Source: Penicillus capitatus (lineage: Eukaryota > Plantae > Chlorophyta). From it: DNA of 64,000 nucleotides. Shown here one piece after another: positions 1 to 11,100 of the stretch; position 1 is the first letter of the stretch, and each line of letters starts with the position of its first letter. The stretch covers positions 124,001-188,000 of the forward strand of contig OZ287695.1 of NCBI GenBank assembly GCA_965649825.1. Reading direction: 5' to 3'. The notes under the pieces were generated by a model. The model did not search any database and was not told the DNA's origin. It was given only the letters and a program-made list of their open reading frames with translations. A program made the translations under genes and the position numbers.

Positions 1-42
1 GTGAGATTCCCGAGCGTCGGAGGGAATCCACCCGTCCGAAAG

Positions 43-267
43 TCACGTCCGAGGTGCTCTGCAGGTGACACCCACCCTCAGTTCAAAACCTTCTCGCCTT
101 GCTGCAAGCCTTACGCGTCGGAGGTCGACGTGCGAGCTGCTTCCGCGTGATAATGCGTACGGTTCTGATGTTTGTCGGAGGCTTTCGTAGATTGCCTGCG
201 ACATCTCTGAAGCATACGGCTTCGCGATTCTCCTCACCTTTTGCAGCTCGGGATCGGCGCTGTCCAT
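43..267 (-). CDS. 5' part of a hypothetical spliced gene, probably running off the left window edge
   Basis: ATG-initiated protein-like helix (MDSADPELQKVRRIAKPYASEMSQAIYESL) followed by a plausible GTACGC donor; no recognisable family. Confidence 0.3.
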   Translation of the reverse strand: MDSADPELQKVRRIAKPYASEMSQAIYESLRQTSEPYALSRGSSSHVDLRRVRLAARREGFELRVGVTCRAPRT

Positions 268-360
268 TCTAATGGCAGACGATGCGATTCGACGACACGC
301 ACGCAGTTACGTGTTTCGTCACCTCTTCCCCATTCCCAAGAGGTCACATCTTGACTCAGC

Positions 361-1866
361 ATGAAGCGTACACGCGATCGCACGGCGGACAGACGGCCCG
401 CGCAGAGAACCAAGAGTTTTCCGTATGCCCTGCGCAGCCTGTGATCGACATGGCTGTCCTCAGGCCCCGTGCCATCCGTTCCCGTCGACGAAGGGCTGTC
501 GCTGATTCGAAAGACATCCGAGAAGGTGCCTGTCGTCGAGATGAGACGGCTGACGGGATGTTCGACTGCAGCTCATCGACTTTCGGAATTCTGCAAAGCA
601 TCTGTCGGAGACGGTGGCTTCCAGTCCTCCCACATCCGATGCCGCCAAGAGCATCACCAAGGTGTTCTTCCGCAGCTCGATCGATGCTCGTGCATTCCAT
701 TGCATTCCCACTAGAGAGCGGAAGAAATCCTGGCAGAACTCGAGAAGCCGCTCGAACGAATCTTTCAGATCGAGGCGGCATTGATGCAAGTGTCTGGCGG
801 ATCTGAAGACGACAGGGCAAGACAGCCGGCACTCCTTCTGGGACCACATCGTGTGCCCTCCAGATGGACCCAGCTGACGCACTAGATTTTGCTCCGAGAC
901 TGGGAGACTCCGAGAACGAGGAAGACAAGTTGCCTGCATCCCCCGAGAGCTCCCAGTTCGGCCGATGCACTCGAAAATTGGACGCGGACCTGAGGTCGCT
1001 CAGAAACGAACGCGTCAGAGAGGCAAAGGCCAAACTGTTTCAAAATCTTGCGGCCGGTGAGCATGAACGTTCGGTTGCCCTTCAGAGCACTCCGCCTGTG
1101 GTTCAGATGAGATGCACAACAATGACATCCGCAGCATTACAAACCGGATAGCCGAGATCGCTGCCGTGAAGTGTTCTTTTCAGACGGCGTTCTGCACAGA
1201 TACCATCTCGGTGTCTCTCGCTCAATTCGTGCCGTGTTCACCACGACTGTGCTGTGAGATGGATCCCTTTCCTTCGTGTTAGGTTTGCATGAGGCATGAT
1301 TCGTTCGTCGTGTACGTCGAGCTGAACGACAGAGGGACTGCGACTCCCAAGCGCGTTCACGTTCAACCTTCCTTCTCACACCCAAAGTCGCGAGTGCTTA
1401 GCCCGATGGATGCTCTGGACGTTCTTGCAGACTGGCGTGCTGTGTGTAGAGGACTGCCGGTGTCCATCCCTCGATCTACCACAGACCGGCTGCGAAGGTG
1501 TATTCCTCAGAGCGATGCTGCGAATCTCATTTCATGCGTCTGCAGGTGTTTCAAGATATGGAAACCCTGCTGAACGAGGCGATGGAATGGTACTGGCGGA
1601 AGGAGCTCGAGAGGTACATCCACCTCAGCGCAGACAAACGCGAGAAGAGTGTACCCGGTGAACAAAGCGACTGGATCCGCGCACGAGCAATGTCTCTCTG
1701 CACACAGGTCTGGCGGTACTTGAACGTCTGCTCCTGTACGCATCCTGCTTCAGGACGCTGCTGCAGAAATTGCCTCAGATTACAAACTCTGCAAAGTATG
1801 GGGATCCCAGGGTCCCTCTCGAAGAGGTCTACTGTCAGAGATACAGGAAGACGAAGGACGAAATGA
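361..1866 (+). CDS. Hypothetical multi-exon protein
   Basis: Protein-like, helical or charged ORF pieces (VPVDEGLSLIRKTSEK; AEEILAELEKPLERIFQIEAAL; DADLRSLRNERVREAKAKLF; VFQDMETLLNEAMEWYWRKELERY) separated by ~45-55 nt GT..AG gaps. No family recognised; ends are approximate. Confidence 0.4.
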
Positions 1867-1899
1867 TCTCCTCGCTCTTGAGCAGAACATGATCCGTCG

Positions 1900-2652
1900 T
1901 CACTGGGCTTTGCCCTCTTCTTTCGTCGCCGAGGTCGTTGTTTGCAGACCCTCTGTTTTCAATTCCGAGAAGAACTCGGCGATTTTATCGCGAGCTGTCA
2001 GCGCCACGCCCACCATCATCACCATGATGATGGCAACGCCGCCGTAGATGAGGACCAAGAGTCCCCGCTCCGCATCCACTTCGTCCAGCGATCTCCACTC
2101 GTATCTGTGAGCAAATGCATCCGAAGGAAGCCTGTGGATTTGCAGATGGTACGTGACTAAAACGTGTTTCGGCCAGTGATCTCTGTTCCTGTACTCTGCC
2201 ACGATCTCCGGATGCTCTTTCATGTATGCTTCCGGCAGCCGACGGCTGTCGACTCTCATCTTCAGCAGCGTGTCTTCTCTCTTCCACAGTTGGACGTGAA
2301 CGTAAGGGATCAGCACGTCGTCGGTCAGCCGATGTGCGTGAAAGAGGTCAATTCCAGCTCCGGGCGCATCGGGTTTGGCGAGAATGGTCACCCAGGCAGA
2401 GAACAGACGTCCGTGATCCAAGGAGAGCTGTATCTTGTATTCGTCCAGTTCGTCGTAATCTTTGGGTTTGTGAATCGGAATGGCGACTCTGGTGTCGACG
2501 TTGAAACGCGGACAGTGACGTCCTTGCAAATCGTGCCACGTTGTTCTCTGCTTCCGAAACTGTCCCCTTCGAGACATCTGTACGAAGTCGCCTGCGTGAA
2601 AATTCGCTGAGGCGCACGGACAGAGAAGCAAGACGGCGAGAATCGCATACAT
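1900..2652 (-). CDS. NPU: NPU (At3g51610)-like conserved plant protein: signal peptide, lumenal domain, C-terminal TM helix
   Basis: MYAILAVLLLCPCASA signal peptide; GDFVQMSRRGQF..RTTWHDLQGRHCPRF and HPEI...HWPKHVLVTYEW match the motifs I recall for Arabidopsis NPU (GDIVRMSKMGQY..RTTWHDVIGKHCPIF; HWPKHVLVRYTW). One in-frame 48-nt intron at 2105-2152. Confidence 0.85.
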   Translation of the reverse strand: MYAILAVLLLCPCASANFHAGDFVQMSRRGQFRKQRTTWHDLQGRHCPRFNVDTRVAIPIHKPKDYDELDEYKIQLSLDHGRLFSAWVTILAKPDAPGAGIDLFHAHRLTDDVLIPYVHVQLWKREDTLLKMRVDSRRLPEAYMKEHPEIVAEYRNRDHWPKHVLVTYHLQIHRLPSDAFAHRYEWRSLDEVDAERGLLVLIYGGVAIIMVMMVGVALTARDKIAEFFSELKTEGLQTTTSATKEEGKAQ

Positions 2653-3338
2653 CGCGGCGGAAGGAAGACGCGACGAGTACGATCATTCTACGGCAACACG
2701 ATTGGTCATTCTGCGCGCAGCTGCTCGATGATGATCTGACCGGACACGGGGACGGTGTGGCTGAAGCGCCAAGGCAGAGACAGGACGAGAAATGCGAGAA
2801 GAGGCTCAAGCCGAGGACCACTCGCCGAATCTTGTGCACACGATCTTGCGCAATGACCGACTCTCTCCAGAACCGGAGAGATCACTCCAAGAAGGTCGAA
2901 GTTCGAGGGACACAAGATGCTTCGCTCAGTCTAAAATCTTCTTGCGCGTCGCACGAATGGACAGCCCCCGGACTTCTCAAGCGTGGCTCTGAACCCGTGT
3001 CCCCTTGTCAAGATTCTCACTGCGCACAGTACTTAAGAAGCACCACCTTCGTTCTTTCCCGAGGCGATCCATCCATGCTGCGAAGACTCTCTGGTTATGA
3101 TAGAGGCGTGCTGGGTAGCCGGATGGACGCGCCTACCTGCACCGGTCCTCTTTCTTCCCGCTGTTGAGAGAAGGGAGCTCCGAATAGAGTGCTCTCTCTG
3201 TCTGCAAGGTCCAACCTGTTGAACGTGCCATCAGTTACGTGCTGGCTTCAAGCGAGCTTGCGGACTGACTTGTTTTTCCATAGTGACAGGACATGCTGTA
3301 ACGTCCGTCTCATACGATCATCGAGTGAGTCGCTGAAA

Positions 3339-5890
3339 ATGATTCGGGCAAAAAACTTTTTGCGACGCCGTCAGCAGAAGCCGACCGCGGAAGAGCAGAA
3401 AGAACTCGTCTCTTCAGAAAGTGTCGAGCGTTCGGGCACGAGCCTCAGAACGACTGACCGTACGATGTCGTCGGTGGAGGGAGTGCACCATCCGTTCGCT
3501 GTGCACGCTCGACGACGGCGCGGCCGTCTCGCATCCCTCACCTTTCGGAGCGCCGACGTGAGCCCTTCGGACCTGTCGCTGGACCAGGACATGGCAGAAT
3601 CCATAACAAGGAGCATGACTCAGAAATGGTTTGGCGTGGATGTACCGGCAGAGAATCAAGACCTGATGCCTTCGGTTTCGAGCGGGACGGGTTTCGTTCG
3701 ATCCTGGCTGGAGAAGAGTCAACCCATCGCCGCGGAGACCCCATTTGTGGACACAGATCCACGACCAGAACACCCTGTTGCCGCTCGGGGCCGAGACTCT
3801 GTGGACTCGACCATCTCCCAAACAGTTGCGCCGTTCCCTCTGTCAGCCGATATCGATTGTCTTGTGTAGAAGTCTGTGGGGAGGATAGGGTGTAGTTGGA
3901 TGTATTTGGTCGTCAGTTGCCTGGTCTTGTTGGTTTTGGATGTGGGGCTCATGCTTTCCATGTTATCGCAGTTTTTGCCGCTCTCCTTTCACCTGACCTC
4001 TGCCCATCTGTATTCAACACCTCCCGTTTTTTATCCCTTCCGTGAAAAGTTCTTTAAAGTTTTGGTCTTCGAAGATGTCTCTAGAACATTTGATTGGGAG
4101 TTCGACAGAGGTGTGCGGGACGCTGCATCTTTTCTAAGGTCGCCATCCAGTATTGGCCGCGTCGTGCAACATGAAGTGTCCTGGTGTGACAGAGTGAACG
4201 TGAGTATCGACAGGACAGATGACATCTCACAGGCTATCGACAACATTTTCGAAGCTCAAGACGCGCTGTATGACGGTCTGATGATATCAGGCTTTGACGA
4301 TCCCAGTTATGTGGATGCCGTGAAGAAGGCGCACGAAGAAAACCCGGTGATGATGTTGGGCTCACTCGAGGCCTATAGGACGATCGATCTGAAAACGCTG
4401 GCCCATGTTGGCGACGAAGAGACGAATGTTGGTAGACTGGCTGGGAACGTGATGCAAGAAGCAGGAATGAAGGTGATTGCCGCAGTCGGTTCTCTGCAGA
4501 GATGATCACCCAACGCACTGACTGTTCTTTCGCCTGCAGACCGCCTTGTGCTTGAGTTACCACGACAACCTGGACAGCATGCATCGCTGCAGAGGGTTTC
4601 AGGACGCGTTCGGCAACAACACCTACGACTTGAACTTGAAGACGACGGTCAAACCGCACTCGCATCTGGTTCTCCTGACCGTTGCTGTGTTCCAGATGCA
4701 AAGTGAACTGAAGTCCAAACTCATACCCATCATCCTAGACGACAAAGAAATAAATGGTCTTTTCATGGCCGACGCTCGTGCGTTCAGCCTCGTGCACCAG
4801 ATTTTGAAGTCGCTCAACCGGCTCTGTCCCCGCGGAAAGCCAGATCCGCTGGCGCATTGCATCTACTACGGCACGCATGGGATAGATCGAAGGATCCTTC
4901 AGGTCCGTGGAGTGTTGTCCTTCGACGACTGTTCTCATCTCCGTTGACAGGCAATGAAGAAGAAGGAAGTTCAGTTCACGATCGATCCACAAGAGCATCT
5001 GAAAGGCTACCTAGGGACGACCCTGATGACGTTGGAATCTCTGGGGTACACAATGCCACCGAAAGCACTTCAAAGTGCTTCTTTGACAGGTAGGACTTGA
5101 CAGCGAATGCCGTTACCCAACCAGCAGTATGCTTAAACAGCATCCAGAGTCGTGAAATCTCCGGAGGAAGCCACGAGGCTTCTGTCGGATCCCTGCTCTC
5201 GGCGCGACGGTAGACGCGTCCACGGACAGACGTTCAAGTTCTTTCTGTTCGGGAAGCATCCGAGGGAGGTGATCAGTGGCCTCAAGAAGGGCTTGAGGAA
5301 TGCAGCCAGAGACATGAATGTGCGCCATGCGCGAGACGCGGAAGCGATGCTGAAGAGTGTTTGCAGGTCCATCTTCGTTTCTACCACCATCCGGACGTTT
5401 CGGATGCTGTCCGACAAGGATCCGTTTTGCTGGGACAGCTGAGGTCCGCAGACGGAATTGGGGTCTCCACAGTAGAGTCATTCGGCGACAGTAGTTTTCT
5501 CGACCGCATTGATCAACTCAAAAAGACAGGTCGAGTTCACTCATTGCACCTTTTGCGACATCCCCGTTCTTTCAGGAATACCAGTGGTCACGTACGGAGC
5601 CTACAAGAAGAACACCAGTAGCAAGCTGTCAAGTCTGCATATCGGATACAACGATGAAGAAGAAGCAACAGTCAAAAGGTAAAAGAACCGTTCAGCCGAC
5701 GGAGCCCTTAATGCTACACGCTTGTGTGTGCGTGAGCAGATTTGAAGGTAATGATTCGAAGTACGACAACGTCGATAAAAATCCGGTGCTGACTGGGTAC
5801 TTGAGCGTTGCATTTTTAGTTGCGAATAACATTTGCAGTCAAAGTGCGTCTGGGATCTTCAACACTGCCGTGAGCGATATAAACATGTAA
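3339..5890 (+). CDS. Type II membrane protein with tandem periplasmic-binding-protein type 1 (sugar-binding-like) domains
   Basis: Low-complexity N-terminus, then TM MYLVVSCLVLLVLDVGLMLSML. Domain 1: DGLMISGFDDPSYVDAVKKA..LAHVGDEETNVGRLAG..HRCRGFQDAF..QFTIDPQEHLKGYLGTTL. Shorter domain 2: ADGIGVS..TGIPVVTYG..LHIGYNDEEEA..LTGYLSVAFL. Short GT-AG introns keep the frame, e.g. at ~5090-5140. The true start may lie further upstream. Confidence 0.75.
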
Positions 5891-8141
5891 CAAATGGTTC
5901 GGTTTGCTTACACATGTGACAGGGTAGTCGACTATGAATAGCATGGCTGGAGATCGTGCGTAATCTTCTTCTTCTTCGCGTGCCTCATCTGCGAATGGTT
6001 TCCTTTCTGGCTGGTGGCAGCTCTTGCCTGCAAGACAGGTAGCCACGTGTCCACTTAGATTGTGCTGCACGAGAAATCTACGAATACCAGAGAAACGAAA
6101 GTATCAAGAGCATGGCAGGACTTTCATTGTTCCGCTTAGACTCCCGATTCGCGCTTCAATCGCTTGTTCTGCTGCCCGTTCCATCATCGCCTCTTCCTTT
6201 GTCGTGCATAGTTTCTCCGTCGAAGATTCAATTGAATCGAGCGGTATACGTAAGCGATGCTTGCCTGTGTTGGCGAACCGTGTTTCGCGAAACGTCAAAG
6301 GCAAAATCGTGCATGGCCTTGAAGAACTCAGAATGTAGAGTCGAAGCGGATTTCACCTGACAGCGGAAGTGAGAGAAGTGGATCTGTATCCTTTTCAAAC
6401 AGGATGGCCCCGCGAACAAGAGCCGCAATGACCAATCTCCAGGTACTGGTCGGTAGCTATGCGCGTCAAAGACGATGAAGTTTTTCCAGAGTTTAGTAAA
6501 ACAAGCAAGAGCAATCGATTGAGCGTCGCAAAAACTGTGTCAGATGGAGTGTTGCTAGAAAGGCCTCTATCTAATCGGAACAGGCAAGCAATGGACAGCG
6601 GATACGGGAAGGTCGTCGTCGTCGTTAGAAGCTTCTCCTGTGTTAAGAAGTCAAGAAGTCCGGGTGGGGCAAATCAATTATGTGTTGCAATGAATGCTAC
6701 ACCGGACGACAAGATTCTTAAAATCTACTATAACCGTCGAGAACGCAGAGAACTCTCTCTTTTATCGTCAAGGTCGACATCTCGTTTTACATTCCAGCTT
6801 CGAAAGCACAAAGCATCAAACGCTGAAGCCCTAATGTTTTCGGAATGGCGTCCTAGCGGTCGAATCTAGATGGCGAGCAGAAGAAACGCACAGCGCGCTC
6901 CGATCGCGTTTCAATGACTATCTTATTCAGTTATTCGTTTTCTGCACGACAATTGCCATGACCACGACCGACTGAAAGATGATATGTCTTATCAGTGATG
7001 TCTGCTTCGTCTCGCTGTAGTCTTCTAACTGATCGATGCCATCTTGACAAAGACATGTGCTCTTTGGCCTGATTGTTCACGGCACTCTTGGTTTCTTATT
7101 CAACAGAACCACTAATTACTGGCCAGGTAGTACAAATCTTACGCGCCATGAAGGAATACACAGGAGGAACTGACGGGCACGCTTTGCTAGAACTTGGTTG
7201 TCGACAATCTCCTGAGAGGACACTTGCCCACTGTGCACTACTGTGGGAAGACAGGAGAATGGATGTTGGCCAATGACCAATAGGCTCAAAATGAGACGAT
7301 CATCAGTCGCTCGGGCATGAAATAGAATGAAGAACGAGTGACAAAGATCATGTCGTTGGGTGCTCCTGCTTGTTATACTTGAACATAGATGGCTGCTGTT
7401 AGCGATGGATATCATCAGATGCGCCACACAGTCTGCTCGGCTTGCTGCTTTCTTTCTCATGGATGGAAGCAGCGGATCGACACGAGCTGAGCTGATGCGT
7501 TCTTGGAAGGTTTTTGATCAACAAGTAGGCAGTTCCGTGTCCGCTGCCTATTGAGGAAGCCATTAAGCCTTGGAAAGTCAACAGAAAATCGCCATTCAAA
7601 CGAAAGCAAATGTCACAGCTCCTACTGTCCAGACAGCCTCAATGGATCGTATTTGACTGAAGCAGACAAGTTCTTTTGCAGTGGACACTGCAATTGATAA
7701 AAGATTTCAAGGGATATGGTGGACATGGAAAGACTGAACAGGAATGGTGGTCGGATGGACATCAATCGTTTACAGCCACATAAAGGCGGCCGTCGTTTCG
7801 TTCGCGTCTTCTGCGTCTCTTCGGCAGAAGATCGTAACGGAGGAAGGAACGCGAAGAGAACCTTGTTTACTGTTCGTGTCAAACAACCTCTGGCGGCGAC
7901 CCTACTGTGGTGCTGTCCTAGGCAAAGAGTTGTCCGTACCGCGTCTCAAATTCGATTGATCAGACAACCACCTTCTTCATTTGGTATTAGCGCTATCATG
8001 CAGCCGCTGTGATCGGTTAAAGCCGCGTCTGAGGGTATAAATACGAGCGAACTCAACGTGGCAGCATAGTCTCATATGTCTTCTTTTGCGCGCTTTGTTT
8101 TGCCTTGCACGTTTTCGAACGTGCTGTCCGGTTTGGGAAAC

Positions 8142-11100
8142 ATGCCGCGACGTAGTGCAAATGTCTTCAAATGCTTCGTCGTGGCACTCTGTCTTGTCGC
8201 CGTTTTGACGGTGGAAGAAGTAGATTCGCAAGGTCAGCACAAGAACCTCGCTTGCTCTTGTTTGATGCTACGACGCTGAACGCGCTAGAATCCATGCGCG
8301 AAGGCGACATCAGCTTTGCCGCGTTTTGCATGAGAACGAGAGCGTTTTCTGATTTATTCGGTTTCTAGGCAACGCATGCGGTTTGCTGCAACCGAATGAC
8401 GATCAAGTAGCTGGTGGCGCGAGGACGACATGGCACGTCGCCGATGCATTCCTCGACGAATATGGTTTGCAAGACGCAATCGACTGCGCAAGAGACGGAG
8501 ATGTCATTTGGATAAGCGCTTCTAGCACTCTTCGACCGCCGAAGCCACTCAACATTACAAAGCGACTCACGATTCGACATGGCCAGTCAGACGAGGCAAG
8601 GACGGAGACAGAGGATGACACGAGAACGACGTTGACATGTCCTTCGAACGACAGGCTTTTGCTCATCGAGTGCGTATTCCGCACAAGGCATCACACAGCC
8701 AGCGGACTTGGCGTGTCTAGGAACGCGAGCGTCGTCTTGGAAGATATTGTCATCCGAGACTGCTCGTTCGTCGAGGACGATTCCGTCGACAGCATCATCG
8801 ACGTCAAGTGCGACGCAGCCTCAGATGAAGCCTTTGTCTTCGAGCTGTCAAACGTCGACTTTGTCAACAACACGAATCTTGGTGGTTCCGTTGGATTCTC
8901 TGTCCGAAATCAAAACTGCGTCTCCGTCTCTATGGACGGCGTCGTATTCAGTGCAAATAGATTTCTTCACGGCTCATTGTTCGGCCAGAAGAACGAGCTC
9001 AAAAACATACACCTATCGGAGAACGTCCAGATCTGGTCAGGATCCGCGAATGATGGTCAGGATGTGACCAACCAATACACCATGAAACAGCAAAAGGGTC
9101 AGAAGTGAGTTGAAAAGGTCGCCACTGAAGCTTTTATCGATCCATTTTGTTCTTAGGCACATGCAGAATTCGCTTCGTTTTGCGGAGAATCCAGCCCTCT
9201 ATGCTCTTTTTCGTTTCCCCAAGTCATCGACGGCGACACTGGTGAATGTCATAGCCGAGAAGAATAAAGGGGAACTGATATCCGTCGAAGAGGCAAGACT
9301 GACGATGGAAGGCAGAACGAGTTTTCATCACAACGTTCTTGACATAGCAGGAAGTGCGATGATCATCGCCTATGAAAGCGCAGTCCACCTCAGTGGCGTT
9401 TCGTTCCAGTCTAACGAGTACAGAAAGCAAAGCTCCGGCTTCTCCTTGTACCAAGGATCCAATGGGACACTGGATCGCGTGCACTTCGTCAATAACACGA
9501 TCGATTCCGGGTTTTTTGTTGCCGCCACTCATGTCGGAGAATTGCACATACACTCATCCAACTTTGAGGAAAACACTGCGAAGAATGGTTCCGTTGTTTT
9601 CGTCAGTGGAACATGCGATGACCGAGATCCACTATTGAATATTTCTAACACCCGCTTTTCAAGAAATGGGGAAGTCCCTTCTTTCAGTGCGCAACACCTT
9701 GGTATCCAACTTCTGATTTCAGGATTCGACAGCGGACGCGTGTTATTGCATTCGACCACGTTTTCATTAAATGAGATCAAGTGGTACATATCCAGGTATA
9801 TCCTAGATTTTTTTCAATACTTTGTCGGTGGAAGTTTACTCATGAGATCAAGTGAACACGTGGAATTTACGATGACGAACTGCACTTTTTATAAGAACCA
9901 TTTCCCGCTTGAGCTGCCTGAGATGCACTTTGTTAATTGCGGTGGCGACTTCATTATCTCGAAATCGAGATTCTTAGAGAATATTGGTGTCGGCACGGGA
10001 CGTGTGATTCTGTTTAACGACACCATGGGAAAACGCAGCGATCTGAGAATCGCCGATTCTCTTTTTCGAGGAAACTCCGGTGATGTGAAGAATGTCTACA
10101 TTGTTGGGGCAAAAAGCGTCCGTGTGGAGCGCAGTAATTTCACTGACAACACTGCCCATCTTGAAGGCTTTGGTCTGTTTGTTGATAATGCGGATTCTTT
10201 TGAAGCGCACGACTGCCAGATATTGAACAACTATATGCACTGGAAGAGGATTTCTGGTCGCGTGCTTTATGCTCCCAGAAGTGGCGCATTTCTTTTTCAC
10301 ACAGTCCACTCTGTCGTTATTAAGACATCTGTCTTTTACAACAACAGTGGAGGAGTTGGCGCTGCAGTGCGATATGAGCCACAAAGCGACAAGTCGAAAC
10401 TTTTGGTCGAATCCTGCACTTTCCAGAAGAACAGTGCGAGGGCCGATGGTGGAGCATTCTATACCTATAGTTGCATGCACGTGACGGTCCGGAATTCCTC
10501 GTTCATTGAGAACAGTTCCGAACACACTTCTGGAGGCTTGTGCATAGGGGGTAGCGATAGAATGAACGTGGAGTTTTGCACGTTCCAGAAGAACAAAGCG
10601 AAGACGGCTGGAGGATTGTTTGTCGGTAGTTACGAAAGAGTGTGGGTTGCAAACAGCACGTTCCATGGGAACAGTGCAGAAACTTTTGGCGGTGCCCTGC
10701 GCGTGGATGATGGTAGATCAGCTGTCCACAAAGCCTACATAAGGGATGTGAATTTCACGGAGAACACGGCGATGATTGGAGGGGCCATCAGCTCGAGCGA
10801 ATCAACAATTTTCACCCTTCATGAATGCTCCTTTGTCAGAAACAAGGCAACTTTGTACGGAGGAGCTGTCGCATTGATGAAAATGCCAGGACCGACAGAT
10901 CATTTTCTTAAGTACATGCATCTTGGTCGGTTGTCATTTGTGGAGAACAGAGCAGCCTATGGAGGTTAGAAGCTAATCCCTGCTTAGCAACGGATGACAA
11001 TAGCGTGTTCTCTTTGCAGGAGGATTGTTCATAGACACAGGGGAAAAAACCGTTAAACCCGACGATAAGAACAATGTTGCGATGCCAAAGGCAGAAATGC

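Noticed and set aside
150-267. Possible globin-like A/B helices in the first ORF
   Set aside because: The resemblance rests on ~25 residues and the rest of the gene is outside the window.
5900-8070. Several short ORFs on both strands (e.g. 6104-6304, 6459-6869, 7716-8012)
   Set aside because: No recognisable motifs and no consistent splice model; a small minus-strand gene near 5950-6430 is possible but unsupported.
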